The notes under the pieces: model-generated
What the model saw: the letters and a program-made list of their open reading frames with translations, nothing else
Databases searched by the model: none
Told to the model about the DNA's origin: nothing
DNA from: Mytilus edulis
Lineage: Eukaryota
Direction: 5' to 3'
DNA: 64,000 nucleotides
NCBI RefSeq assembly: GCF_963676685.1
Contig: NC_092352.1
Coordinates: forward strand, 77,314,001-77,378,000
Part shown: positions 39,623 through 52,980 of the stretch, one piece after another
Position numbering within the stretch: the first letter of the stretch is position 1
Layout of the letters: each line of letters begins with the position of its first letter
Program-made: the position numbers and the translations under genes

Positions 39623-39953
39623 AGTTATCAAAGGTACCAGGATTATAATTTAGTACACTAGACGCGCGTTTCGTCTACATAAGACTCATCAGTGACGCTC
39701 ATATCAAAATATTTATAAAGTACAAAGTTGAAGAGCATTGAAGATCATAAATTCCAAAAAGTTGTGCTAAATACGGCTAAGGTAATATATGCCCGGGATA
39801 AGAAAATGCTTAGTTTTTCGAAAAATTCATAGTTTTGTAAACAGGAATATTATAAAAATGACCACATTATTGATATTCATTTCAACACCGAAGTGTTGAC
39901 TACTGGGCTGGTGATACCCTCTGGGACAAACGTCCACCAGTAGTGGCATCATG
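39623..39953 (-). mobile_element. Retrozyme-like 331-nt insertion with 8-bp TSD
   Basis: ataatatt at 39615-39622 and 39954-39961; empty paralog at ~15470-15500. Confidence 0.8.
39655..39698 (-). ncRNA. Minimal type-I hammerhead ribozyme (core intact, stem I weakened)
   Basis: GCGUCA-CUGAUGA-GUCU(UAUGU)AGAC-GAAA-CGCGCG-UC-UAGUGU. Confidence 0.8.
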
Positions 39954-40184
39954 ATAATATTCCATATTCACAGAAACAGCAGAATTACTTTTCAAATGTG
40001 AGGCCTCATCGGCAAAAAACAAAGAGAAAACACTAACCCCTGGGATACCAGATAGATAATTTAGCCTGTAAACGCTATGATTTATTATGATAAAGGTCTT
40101 CTGTATAGATAAAAATACCATGAGCTTTGAATTTATGCCCAAACAAATCCGGCTGTCAGTTCTATAAAACTTTTGATAAAATCA

Positions 40185-40868
40185 TTTATCCCCGGCTTAG
40201 TACATATCTAGGATTTTGATTGGTTAACGCACGTCGTTACAAAACCCATAGCCCCTGGGTGTTGCTAACCCATATCCCCGGACGTTGCTAACCATTATCC
40301 CGGGGAACTTCACGCAAGTTTTCCTTAGTTCCATGATTGCTCCTTGTGAAATATTGAATTCTGTAGATTATCCATGATGTATGTAATTAAATATTTAATT
40401 CATTAACGTTTTTGTCCTATTATGCCGATCATTTACACTCATTTCATTAAATGCATCACTTGACTGCCACATTTTCAAGGAATGGGACTACTGACCTAGC
40501 TATGCAAATGACCCACATTGACGTCACACCATCTATGACGTAACTCTCACAACATTGAGCGCCAAATTTGACTCAATCCAGTTTCTCTGTCTCCGTATTA
40601 AAAACGTCTTATATTTGACTACCTGTAGGGTTCTACCAAAGGTAGTACCCTACACCCCGTAAAAAATATGTAAAATTTCCAAATTTCAATAAAAAAACTT
40701 TAGATAATGAAAAAAACGTTGTTTTCACGTTACACTTTGTACCCGAGTTTCCATAAAACTTTCCTGATTCGGACTAAGACCGGGGATAAATTCGCCTCAT
40801 GGTGTACTGGGGTACTTCAGGGTGTTAAAATATCCATATCTACGGATATGAACGTAGATAACTTATAA
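40185..40868. mobile_element. Non-autonomous DNA element with inverted repeats and a 3' extension
   Basis: tttatccccggcttagt ... actaagaccggggataaa (40790); absent at the paralog ~15720. Confidence 0.65.
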
Positions 40869-43800
40869 TATCAAACTGATATTTCACACATATTTTTTTT
40901 GCAAATATGGCTTTTATGCATCTCTAGTCATATATCAACCAAATTATGTCAGATATATAGTAAAGATGATATTTTTGTGACAAAAATTCTTCACTGCCAT
41001 TTGAGGCCAAAATTGTGAACTTTTAAAGATAAATAGGCATAGAGTACGATTCAATACTATCTGCTTTTTGCATTCGAAACCTGTAAATAATAAAATTTAT
41101 TGCTGTGACTTAGTATTGTTATCATTTGTTTGAGCATACTACAAATTTGAAAATATATTGACAAAGTCACAGACCCGAAATTTCATGTTGGTCGATTTGC
41201 GAACCTTATAATTGATTTGCGACATAAGAAGACGAATGCGATTTGAGTTTCAACCCGTATACACTACCGTACCCGTAAAATAAGGCATTGTTTTAAAGCA
41301 CAAGATTTTTCTTCTAAATATAGATATTTCAATTTCACAGGGATTAGTCAACTTAAATACAAAATATTTTCCCCCTTCTTTTTAAGACGGTTATATTCCT
41401 TTGTCCCCTTCTTAAAAGTATGCAGTTCAACGACTCGCTTGCTATGCCCGTGTCTATTATACGTAATACGTGTATTCAATACCCGATGAATTTAAAAGTT
41501 TTATTTACGTTAGTACTATATCTCTTAACATGTACTACATTATTTTTTATAGAAAAAAATATTTTGTAGTAAAGCTTTGTTCTGCATGGGAAATCGGATT
41601 TTATATCACATCCTTACAATAATTTTGTTTAAAGAGCCCGAAATATTCAATACGATTTATTTACATGTATTCATCATTAAATTGTTTTTTTGAAATGTTA
41701 TCAATGTAACACCTTAGGTATGTCAGGTTTGACGATTCTTTTCTCCGTTTTAACAATTAAAGAAATATAAAGGATTTTATATATATCTAAATATATATTG
41801 CTATCATATACAGATATGAACACTAAGTCATAGTATGGTACTTAGTATTGACTAGAAATTATTTAGACATTCAATAAAGTCAAATATTACATATGATGTA
41901 GCTCTCTTTTTTTAATTGATGCTTACGATCTCGTGATTCAGAGGGGATTTAAGTACATTGACGCTATGTTTCTATCTATATATATTGACGGTCAATATTT
42001 ATTATTTTTCACAATGCAATGAAACTACACACTAAGGGCATTGAAACCCATTTCCAAAATACACTATTTGCATATGTAATATAAAAAGTAAGGCATTTTA
42101 CTCTAAACGATATATATGGACCTGCTATATCATAATGACCCTAGGACTTCATCCTCGGTCAATATAATATGAATAAGGCGATATATAACGTATTTTGATC
42201 GCCAGATGTCCAGTATTGAAAAAATGTACAAAACACACCTAGTAGACTGTATCTTTCACCGGGGAAAATATTCTGTCAATAACTTCTATTAACAACTGTT
42301 ATACAAGTTGGGGATCTCATTAGCTATAAAACCATGATTAAACACTTATTTTCCTCGGAAAATGCCTGTACCAAGACAGGAATATGGCGACTGTTTTTGA
42401 CTTGTTTCTTTGGTTAATAAGGTTTAGTTTTTATGGACTACCCTTTCTAAAAAGGCATTGGAGATCAGTATTTGTGAAATAATTAGAAAAAACACTTTAG
42501 CGCGGTTTGAAGACTACATGAAATATTTAATGTGATAGACAGCTTGGGTTCGTTTTCTCTCAGACTGTTTTTATGCACTGATGCATTATGCTGAAAGTTT
42601 TGATTTGTTTTTTAGTTCTTATTTCATAGGAGTTTGAATGTCCAAATAATAGCTTCTATCTTGGTGTAACACAGATGCTAGCGCTCATAGACGGACGGAA
42701 TAACTTAGAGAAGACGAAGACAACCTCGCACACTGATGATTAAACATTTCTCAATGGTGTTAGTTTGTAATAATTCTTTATTTTTACCAAAGGTGCAAGT
42801 CGAGTTCTGTCTGTGTCACTGTCTGTTACGGGTGCTCCAAGACCGAAGGAAACAACTAAGAGAAGGCAATCTAGAACTCTCTGAAGATTTAAAACATTTC
42901 TCGATTGGTACACGTTTTAGTTTATTTTTTTGAGTTGTGCGAGCTCTGCCTATGTGTGACACGGGTGCTCCGAGAATCAGAGAAAGAAGGACTTTACGAA
43001 TAGATGAAGAAAACAAGACAATGATCAAACACATTTGAGTTTGTTATAATTTGTTTAGTGGTGCGGGTTTGATTAAGTGATGCAAGTTGTAATACATAGT
43101 GAGACTGTTTGAGTGTTGCGGATTGGCAGTGGGACGGGTTGTCATAGATTCAAGACGAATTGAATACAAAACCATTTCCGCCTGCTTTCAAAACGAAGAA
43201 GGCAAGGAGCCAGATACGCTAATATATCCTTTACTATATGAAGAAATAAAGAAAATTACAGACACTTACTATTTTATTTTATATCATAGTCAGACGACCA
43301 ACGACTCGGTGACAAAACTGCTAAAAAAGTTTCTTCAAATTTAATAAGATCGATTGTTTTCCATTGGCTATTTATTTGTAATATTTTTGTTCGTTTTTTT
43401 TCAAATCCGTTCATTACATTGAACAGCCTCATAAGTCTAACCAGTCTTTTCAAATACATATATTTTGTTTAATCTGTACCAGGATCAATTTATTTATTTA
43501 CAGAAATGTCAGGATTTGTTTGAATGTTTATTGAATTAGTGATAATCGACGATGACGGATGAAGGATGGACGAACGATGAGAATAGCTCCACCTTAACGG
43601 GCAGAATGCTTTGTTTTACCTGTATGAAGCATATATGATGTCCTAAATTCAAAGCTCAATACGTACTTACAATGTACAGTGAACTTGAGGTTAAAAAAAC
43701 TACCGAAATTGACAGTCTATTCTTTAAAATTCTATTTGGAACTTTGCCTCGATATTGACAAAAATAAATGCCTTCAAACTGAAATTATGGAATACAAAAT

Positions 43801-46227
43801 CATCGAATATAGGGTTTATAATTTGGTACGCTAGAATTATTATACCACAAAATAATAGTTCGTCACATCCGATTTTAATCATATAGCTTGGTAGTCTCAG
43901 AGCATCATTCTTTTTTATTTCGTGTTTCGATTAAATGTATTGGAAAATTGAAGTGACATAGTTTCTAAAGAAGGTAATCAAAAAAGGCGCGAACAATTGA
44001 TTGGTTAACTTCCGGTTATGGATATTATCTAATATGCAGTTAAGTTGTACGTGATATTGACACTGAAGAACGAACTAGACATGATAACACATTACTCATG
44101 TCTACTATTTCCTTATTTGAAACAAAGATACACTCTGCACAATATTTTGAAAGTTCTAAATTAACAAAGACTAACAGAAAAAACAAAATGATGATATTAC
44201 TCCTACAAACGAAGTTGTAGAGTATAAAAATCGAACATTCTGAAAAGTAGTTGCATATATGACTTTGGTGATCTATGTCCGGGGGTATAACAATCTTAAT
44301 GTTTCGAACCATTAATAACCTTGTATAAACAATGAGTTTACAGAAAACAAAAAAGTGCCTACTACATGACATATGATATCATTGAGCTGAGGGGCGAAAC
44401 GTCCACCAGGACAATTAATATAAACTTTGACCCACTGGTTTTAAAAACTCATTTAACATATACAGATTATTTCAAGTACCATTTCTTTTTTAATTTTCAG
44501 CAGTAACATACCCTCTGTTCCATCGTATGGTGTTTACATATCTCAGCTTATTCGTTACGCTGATGCATTTTTACAATGTACGGTCTTTAAAACAAGAGTG
44601 TGCTCCTACCACGAAATCTGCGTTGACGGAGTTATGTGAAAAGAACAATTGAATATAGTACAGAAATTGCAAGGTCATGAACTGGTTGTCAGACACACTG
44701 TGTCGATGTCGTAACTCATTAGCTCCATGTTTTCTTGATATTCACTCTTAAGATACCATTAAAGTTGTCTGATCTGTAATTGTACCGATTGTGACGTCTA
44801 TCGTAATGAATCAGATGACAAAACCAGGTTCAACCCACCATTTTTTTTTCTTAAAATGTCTGGTACCAAGTCAGGAACATTGCCATTGTTATAATATATA
44901 ATTTATATTTTGTTTCTGTGTGTGTTACTTTTTAGTGTTGTGTCGTTGTGTTGTGTTTCCCTTAGTTCTAGTTTTGTAACCTGGATTTTTTTTTCTCAAG
45001 CGATATATGAATTTCAAACAGCGGTATACATGTACGACTGTTGCCTTTATTTACCCTATCGAAGCACCAAGTCTCGGTCCGGATCCTCTTGTCGTGCATG
45101 CGATTCCTTTAGATTTGCATCATATATCGGTCCGGATCCTCTTACAATTCATGAAATTACTTCAGATTTTTCTTCTTAATTCCTCTCAACCAATCGGCTT
45201 ATGAGATTTGAACAATCATGGTTAATTGCTGTCGCTTTCCAATTTACATTTTTTAACCACGTGTTGTACGTTGTTGCTCGTTGTTGTCTGTACGTGAGTT
45301 CTTTTGAAGATATGAGAAGCTGGTGGTTGATGTGATAAGTTATTTTATAACAAATTTTCTTTGGACGAATGGCAGAACTTACAATGTGTATGGCAACACT
45401 GCCGTTTGCATAAGAGCTATCAACGGAAATTCAACTTAAATTGATCAGCCAATGACAGAACCACAATCACAGCGTTATTTAAGACACATACCTAGCGATT
45501 ACTCTCAAATAGTAAATTCGTTTTAGTTTAAACATATTTATTCATCATCAACACAAATATATCATCATACAAAATACACAATAAAAATAGGATTCGGAAA
45601 CAAGCTATATATAGCTTATATTAGTCCGTTTCCTTGAAATACCAACTCCAGTTAACTATTACATAAATATAGCATGCAATGTTACTATGATATGGAACAA
45701 AAATAAACTAAGTAACTATATAACAAAAAAAAGAAAGGAGAAAAAAAACTCATTTTAAAATAATGAAAATAAATACAACCAAAGAAGAAAAAAAAGAAAA
45801 CTACACCGAAATACTACACACATGTTTAGATGAAATGCAACTTAGGTGAGAATAGTGAATAATAATTTAACTTGTAAATCTCTTGCACTTTAGTATTAAT
45901 TTGACCTACATGACCTAATGGTACAATTAGTAATGCATTTGTGTTATTCAATCTTTCCCTGTTTTGAGTTATATCTCGTCTCACTCTTTCAACGTTAACC
46001 GCCTTTGATAAGTATTTAGTATGACGATTGATATTCACTTCTGTTCTCGTACTATGAACAACTAATTCCTTTATTCAAAATAAAAAAAAATCCGTAGTCA
46101 ATGTATTCCTTATTATAAGATTATAACATTTATCTCAATATTTGTATAGCTAGTTTCGCCTTATATAATTAATGATATAACTGTTCTTAAAACAACACTT
46201 ACATTACTTTAATAGTTGATGAAAAAT

Positions 46228-47157
46228 TTAGAAACGTTCAACATATCTAACTTGAACGGCTGTTGAATTAGTCATGTCAAAAACTGTATTGTTCTTCAGA
46301 CATTTACAACGAAGATATTGACGGTACTTCTTGATCCGTAAGACATAGATAACTGGATCTATTACAGGATTTAACAACAGAAAAATGTTGTTGAAGATGA
46401 TTGTGAGAGTACCTGTTAAAGCAGATTTGTTCCCCATGTTATAATAGAACACAAGAATACTTCGAGGTAGAACTGCCACTAAAGATACAGAAATTATCAA
46501 ACCCAGTGTAACTACATTTTTACGTGTTCTGATATCCTTAGCCTTCTTCTTGACGACCTGGCTCTCTGTCATTCTACTTCCGTGAACAAAACTTCGCGAA
46601 CGAATCATTCTATATACTACAACACCGTAACAGGAAATGATTGCAACAACAATACATAAGCAAGGAATGTCATGTGAAAACAACAACCGTGTAGAAGTAG
46701 TGCTTTTAGGGTCACATGGTACTGGTCCATCGATTGTTGCCATACCAAATCTCAACAAAACAATGCAGTGACTTAATATGAAATAAAGTAACACGCCTTT
46801 ATTGCTGCATACAAAGACCAATATACCTTTCTGTGTAGTATATGTAGCATTCAGTCGTTCGATGCATTTCAATAAAATCTGTATAAGAGATGACATCACT
46901 GTTCCGCCAACTAGATGTTGAATTAGCAAACACTGGTATTGGAATGTAACGACTTGTGAGTTCATAAAAACTAGAATATTATGATAAATGAATTCCAGAC
47001 CCAATGCGCTGTCGCTTAGACTAAGGTACATTGCCAATACCAAGAAACGGTTCTTCTTTAATTCATTTGTGGTAGTCGATACGTATATGGAACAACCATG
47101 GACCAATAACATTGTAGTAACAATTACAAAGTTTGCTATCCTTATACTTTGCCACAT
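46228..47157 (-). CDS. Intronless class A orphan GPCR, 309 aa
   Basis: LSLSD, KCIERL, NPVIDPVIY; open frame. Confidence 0.9.
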   Translation of the reverse strand: MWQSIRIANFVIVTTMLLVHGCSIYVSTTTNELKKNRFLVLAMYLSLSDSALGLEFIYHNILVFMNSQVVTFQYQCLLIQHLVGGTVMSSLIQILLKCIERLNATYTTQKGILVFVCSNKGVLLYFILSHCIVLLRFGMATIDGPVPCDPKSTTSTRLLFSHDIPCLCIVVAIISCYGVVVYRMIRSRSFVHGSRMTESQVVKKKAKDIRTRKNVVTLGLIISVSLVAVLPRSILVFYYNMGNKSALTGTLTIIFNNIFLLLNPVIDPVIYVLRIKKYRQYLRCKCLKNNTVFDMTNSTAVQVRYVERF

Positions 47158-48174
47158 GTTCAGTTATTTCACGTACAACTATTGTATTCAACTGATCTTA
47201 GCAGAAGAAGACGAAATGGATATAAACGCCTTTATATCTTTACCCTTATAAAAAAGTCATTAAAGGTCTTCTACAGACAACTTGACTTTTAATGAAATAT
47301 TTATTTGTAGTTGGTTCAACTGGATCTTCACCTAAAAATAAATTTATCTAAACATGTTGTAATAATGGCGATGTAATTAATTCCTTTAAACAGTTAACAG
47401 AATGATTGTGCATTATTCCTGTTTCCAATTTCAAAAACAAAGAGTGGTAAAGGTAAAAATTGATCGTCGACAAAAACAATTTGGCTTTCAGTACGTCTGA
47501 TTAAATTAGCAGTGTTACGTAAATTATAATTCCTTGGTCTATCAAATCTCGGGTTTCACAACCTTTATATTACCTAATACTTTTTTACTATGTTTAGCTT
47601 CGATATATCAAATGAAAATGCGGGTTACTCATCAATAAATTTATACACATTTTACACACACAAAATGTACACAAAAATGACAAGTTGGCTGAATTTACTT
47701 GCATGCAATATTTCAAACATCGAAAAAAGACAGGCATTATGTTTGTAAACCATATATTATTATTATTATGTAAAAAATCTACACGAAAAATCTGTCTGTT
47801 TGTGACATAAATTTTTATCAATGTGTTAAACCTGGTCTGTTAATTAGTCTGTTAAGAGTTATGAATTGCAATAAACATATAATTTGATTGATATATGGGG
47901 TGTTATCGGAAAAAATGGGTATGCTCAAGATAAGTGGTTAACTCATACGGAAACAACACATGATAAATGAAACACAAATTAAAGCAATGGAAATTTAAAA
48001 TTGATAAAAAAAAAAATCAAAAAGTGATATATTAAAGTAATTTCTATTTAATCCAAGAATAGTCGCATATATTATGTGAATTCTGTTTTATGGCATGAAT
48101 GACACAAATTCATCATCTACATTGGTAACAAGTATATAAATCAGAGATAATGAAATCAACGGTACCAATTTTCT

Positions 48175-48220
48175 AGCACCAGATGCGCATTTCGACAATA
48201 CATGTCTCTTCAGTGATGCT
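48175..48220 (-). ncRNA. Intact minimal type-I hammerhead ribozyme (second retrozyme-like family)
   Basis: AGCAUCA-CUGAAGA-GACA(UGUAU)UGUC-GAAA-UGCGCA-UC-UGGUGCU; 7-bp stem I, 4-bp stem II, AUC cleavage triplet. Confidence 0.88.
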
Positions 48221-48524
48221 CGTGGCCAAAATATTTAAAATCCAAAGCTTATAGAAAAGATGGTATGATATCAACAGAAAACTATCACGGAACAGTCGTA
48301 AATAAATATTAAGAAATTTGAATAAATTCTTCTTGTGCTAACTTGATAGGTAAAGCGAGTTAAAAAAAATACTATGAGAGGTACACTATCTCGTTTAAGG
48401 TCATCATGCATAGTTTTATTATCAGATTTGTAGTATAGATTGTCCAGAAGACATTATATATGAATAATAGTATCTAGGGGTTGATGTCACATTGACTTTC
48501 ACTTGCGCTTTATTTATTTAATAT

Positions 48525-48617
48525 TCAATCAGCCCAGGTGGTCTAGTTGAAACAGAGTTTGCCGTCAGGATGAGAAAAAGTGAGGACAAAGCTAAAGCAT
48601 TATATGCAAGTATCAAG
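48525..48617 (+). pseudogene. DHRS11: DHRS11-like SDR exon (SISPGGLVETEFAVRMRKSEDKAKALYASIK), acceptor reads AT
   Basis: 93-nt phase-0 exon ending AAG|GTATTG; SDR ISPGxVxT motif. Confidence 0.8.
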
Positions 48618-49555
48618 GTATTGATATAACGATATCAACCCTTACAGTACACGTTTCTAATTGCAAACCATACTTCATTTCCACATTAATACATTGCGTC
48701 TACTTAAGTATATAAGTATATATCAAGCAATGTTTTTTAATGCTTTTCAAGCACGACAAGATTTCGGATTGTCAATCTTTTGGATAGTGAGAAACCTTTA
48801 ATCCATAGTGGAACCAGCTAGGTCATCTGTGTGACCACGGCGTTACAGCTGAGACTGTAAGTTTCTTCTGATTTATTGATTAAAAACAAATAATGCATTA
48901 AATGACAGTTAACATATAAGTTAATTTACATAAAATCCATGTTATTACTAAGTACATGAATTTCAGAATATTGTACTTTGTTAATAATCCATGAAATTTA
49001 TAACTAATAAAAAAAGGGGAAAAAACTTGAAAAATGCCGAAATACATTACGCACGACTTTGCCAGGTAAAATTGTTTTTTATTATGACAAAAACATATTT
49101 CAGTTTCATTATACGACAATAACTTCAATAAAACCCAACTAAAAGTAAGTCTGTTGATGAAGTCAAAATATGTCCGATCTCCCAAATTTTTGACATTGAA
49201 ATTCAATACGATTCTTTTCAATTAAATTGAGTCTGCCTCACAAAATCTTGTATGCATTATAACTACATCTGAAGCATTTGTTAAACGTTTCACAATGTCG
49301 TATCAACTATGTCAAAATGAAAGTGCTGATTATAAAATTTGTAATTTAATTTGTTCAAACATGTTTTGAAAATTATATCTGATCAAATTTCTTAAATCGT
49401 TCTGTATGATCAGGTATCTTTGCAATATGTTGCTGCCGATAATTAAAAATAAAAAAAAATACACTTTTTATGTTTGTTTAATTAATTGTCTGTTATTCCT
49501 TGGTAGGACAGAACCAACTAAATCCAAAAGTACTTCAGTCATATATTTCAAAATT

Positions 49556-49960
49556 CAGTGTTCCAGCTGGGGTTTTAAAAGGGCAGGGTTCCAATCCTGA
49601 AAAAGGGCATTTAACGCATGATAGGATAATATGAAAAGGGCATGTTTTAATAAAGATATTAATCAAACATTGTGTTTATTCGTTGAAATCACTTGTTACA
49701 CAAGAACTACATCATTAGTCCATATAGAATTCTATCGTTCTACTTTTTAGGCTGAAAGACTCGTCAAGCAGCTTGTCACACAAGTTTTTAAATCATTACT
49801 TGGCACAGTTTAGCATTATATGCAGCATGTTTTGAAAGGTATCCTGCTTCATTCTGTTTCTACGGTCCGACACACTTTACCAGTTTCACATTTCTACCTC
49901 TGCTGTGCTTAATGGCAATACAGCACAAAACAGCTGTGCTCAGTAAATGCACAATGTTAG
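49556..49960 (-). mobile_element. hAT transposase C-terminal remnant
   Basis: CAGTGTT terminus at the break in paralogy; KLVK..SDRRNRMKQDTFQNMLHIMLN resembles the hAT dimerisation domain. Confidence 0.5.
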
Positions 49961-51055
49961 GATATGGCAACTTTCCACATAACTCAAAATACCTGAAGAT
50001 ATATATTCTTAAGCAAGATGTATGTAGACATATAAAAAATCCAAAATTTAAATTTAAAGATCACACGAAGATCAACAGAATTGAATTTCAATGATCAATT
50101 TTTGATTTTTCTTTATATTGACCGCTACTATCATCAATTTACTACCGATAATGCCAATCGCGAAAGACAAATTCGAAGTGGAATTCAAACGCATTAGTTG
50201 AAATTCCACCCAAAATGCAAGGCCACAAAAAACAAAAAAAAACAATAGACAAACAGCGGTCAAAATAGTGCTGACTACTGTGCTGGTGATACTTTCGGGA
50301 ACGTCCACACTCAGTGACATTGACACCTTGATTGTTGCACGAAAAATTAACGTTTCGTCTACATACGATGTTACTTGTAAGTGATATGTGAGGTCATTTG
50401 ATCACGCTTGCACTCAACTGTAAAATAAACAAATTCTACTGAAAATGTTATTGACAATAGCTATCAAATGAATATTTTTTTCTGTATTCTTTATTAGTTG
50501 ATTATCGATTTCTCTGTCAAATTAAAAACGTGTGGATAGTAACTGGTTAAAACCCCAGATTTGAAAGACCAAGGCAATATAGTTTCCGTAAAACAGCTTA
50601 TTCAATCCGAATACTCAGGTTACTGCATACGGGAAAAGCATGCCGGAAATTGTTGACTGGAAGGAAGCAGTTAAAAGATTAAATTCCTTCTACATTTGAA
50701 AAAATAAAAAAATGTCTTCAGTCTTCAGAAAAAAGTTTATGTATATAAGTTTCATTATAAAATTTAAAACTAGCCATTTAGAAATAAAGAAACATGCGCC
50801 TTATTTTTAACTTGAAATTTCACATGACTTTTATTAGGGTGTTTATACCATTTCAATTTTTATTAGTAACAATAAAATATTATTACATCAAGATCCAGTT
50901 CTACCAATGCCCAGCTACAGATGAATATTTCATTATAAATCACGTTGTCTATTGAAGACATTGTTATGGCTTTTCATTAAGGTTGAGGAATTTAATCGCT
51001 TAATATATCAATTGCGTATACTTCAGCTTAGATCAATTGATTATAATATTTGTAC

Positions 51056-51979
51056 ATGGAATTACTAAACATGTGGCAAAGTATAAAGATAGCAAATTTC
51101 GTAGTTGTCACTGCAATGCTATTGTTCCATGGTTGTTCCATATACGTTTCGACTACTTCAAAGGAATTAAAGAAGAACCGTTTCTTGGTATTGTCAATGT
51201 ACCTTAGTCTCAGTGACAGCGCATTGGGTCTGGAATTCATTTATCACAATATTTTAGTTTTTATGAACTCACAAGGCGTTACATTCCAATACCAGTGTTT
51301 GATGATTGTACATCTAGCTGGTGGAACAATAATGTCTTCTCTTATACAGACCTTATTGATATGCATCGAACGACTAAATGCCACATTCACAATACAGAAG
51401 GATATACTGGTCTTTGCATGCAGCAATAAAGGTGTTTTACTTTATTTCATACTTAGTCACTGCATTGCTTTGTTGAGATTTGGTATGGCAACAGTTGATG
51501 GACCAGTACCATGTGACCCTAAAAACACTGCTACTACTATATTGTTATTTTCGCATGACATTCCTTGCTTATGTATTGTTGTTGCTATAATTTCTTGTTA
51601 CGGTGTTGTAGTATACAGGATGATTCGTTCGCAAAACTTTGCTCAGGCAAGTAGTATGACGGATAGCCAGGTCGCCAAGAAAAAGGCTAATGCTATAAGA
51701 ACACGTAGAAATGCAGTTACACTGGGTTTGATAATTGCTGTAACTTTAGTTGCAGTTCTACCACGAAGTATGCTGGCGTTCTATTTTTACATGGGGAATA
51801 CATCTGCTATAACAGGTACTCTTATAATGATCATCAACAACTTTTTTATTTTGTTAAATCCTGTATTAGATCCAGTTATCTACGTTTTACGGATCAAGAA
51901 GTACCGTCAATATCTCCGTTGTAAATGTCTGAAAAAAAATGCTGTTTCGGATTTAACTAATTCGACAGCCGTATCTTAA
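51056..51979 (+). CDS. Intronless class A orphan GPCR (~307 aa)
   Basis: ATG at 51056; LSLSD, ICIERL, NPVLDPVIY. Confidence 0.92.
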   Translation: MELLNMWQSIKIANFVVVTAMLLFHGCSIYVSTTSKELKKNRFLVLSMYLSLSDSALGLEFIYHNILVFMNSQGVTFQYQCLMIVHLAGGTIMSSLIQTLLICIERLNATFTIQKDILVFACSNKGVLLYFILSHCIALLRFGMATVDGPVPCDPKNTATTILLFSHDIPCLCIVVAIISCYGVVVYRMIRSQNFAQASSMTDSQVAKKKANAIRTRRNAVTLGLIIAVTLVAVLPRSMLAFYFYMGNTSAITGTLIMIINNFFILLNPVLDPVIYVLRIKKYRQYLRCKCLKKNAVSDLTNSTAVS

Positions 51980-52104
51980 CATGTGCGTATAGACTAAAAC
52001 TCAAAGGATAGTTGAACGTTGCTCAATTATTTATAACTATAAGTGTAAGTGTTGTTTACTTAATATAGTTTGAGCTTGAAGAACCTTTTTCTTTAGATAA
52101 ATCA

Positions 52105-52200
52105 TGTAATAGATCCAGTTATCTATGTCTTACGGATCAAGAAGTATCGTCATTATCGGCGTTTTACATGCTTGAAGAACAAAACTGTTTGGGATGGGAC
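52105..52200 (+). pseudogene. GPCR TM7-tail duplicate
   Basis: VIDPVIYVLRIKKYRHYRRFTCLKNKTV. Confidence 0.75.
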
Positions 52201-52980
52201 TTAAAAGAGGGACGGAAGATACCAAAGGGATTTAATTACTCATAGCCGTATCTTAATAGTAAATAGTGTAATACGGAAATGAGCTTAAATATTCTTGTTG
52301 TGTATGTATCAGGTAAGGAAAAATAGTTCCCGAGATTATCACCATCACACTAGCCAGTTCTTTGGTAATGGCATGAAAGTACGGATTTTGTATTATTAAA
52401 ATTTGCTGTTACATTTTTTTTTGAAATTATTTAAAATTAAGGATTGTATCCCTCTCGTAGAAAGCTATGATTCCTTGCTCTGTTTTGGCTATACTTGTCT
52501 GTCCCGTTCGGTTTATAAAACTGTAGATGTTCAAATAGTTGGACACTGAAAAGACTTTGATTGTCAAAGTGCACATCTGGTGCCCAAAAAAATGGTACAG
52601 TGTCTGGTTTTTTGTTACATTTGTAGCATTTTAACGGATCTAAACATGTACTTGTGATTTGTTCACAAACCGGTATTGATAAAAATAAATAAACAAATGA
52701 AAAAATGTTCCGGAATTAATTAAATCTGTACCTGGGTAAGATGAGGCAAGTATACGATTTTTATTGCGTCTTACACTTGGAGAAGCAAATAATCTTTAAC
52801 TGCTTTATTAAGATTTTGTGTAAAATGGTAATTATGAGCTATGAAAGTCAAGTGGCTCGAGCATTTTTCTGAGGAAGTTTTAAAAAATGTCAAAGAAATA
52901 TTTTTACAGTGGTTTAGCTTTCATTATTATTTTGCAAGAACGTGTTTTTGGAAATATCAATATTCTATGAACAACTTCAT

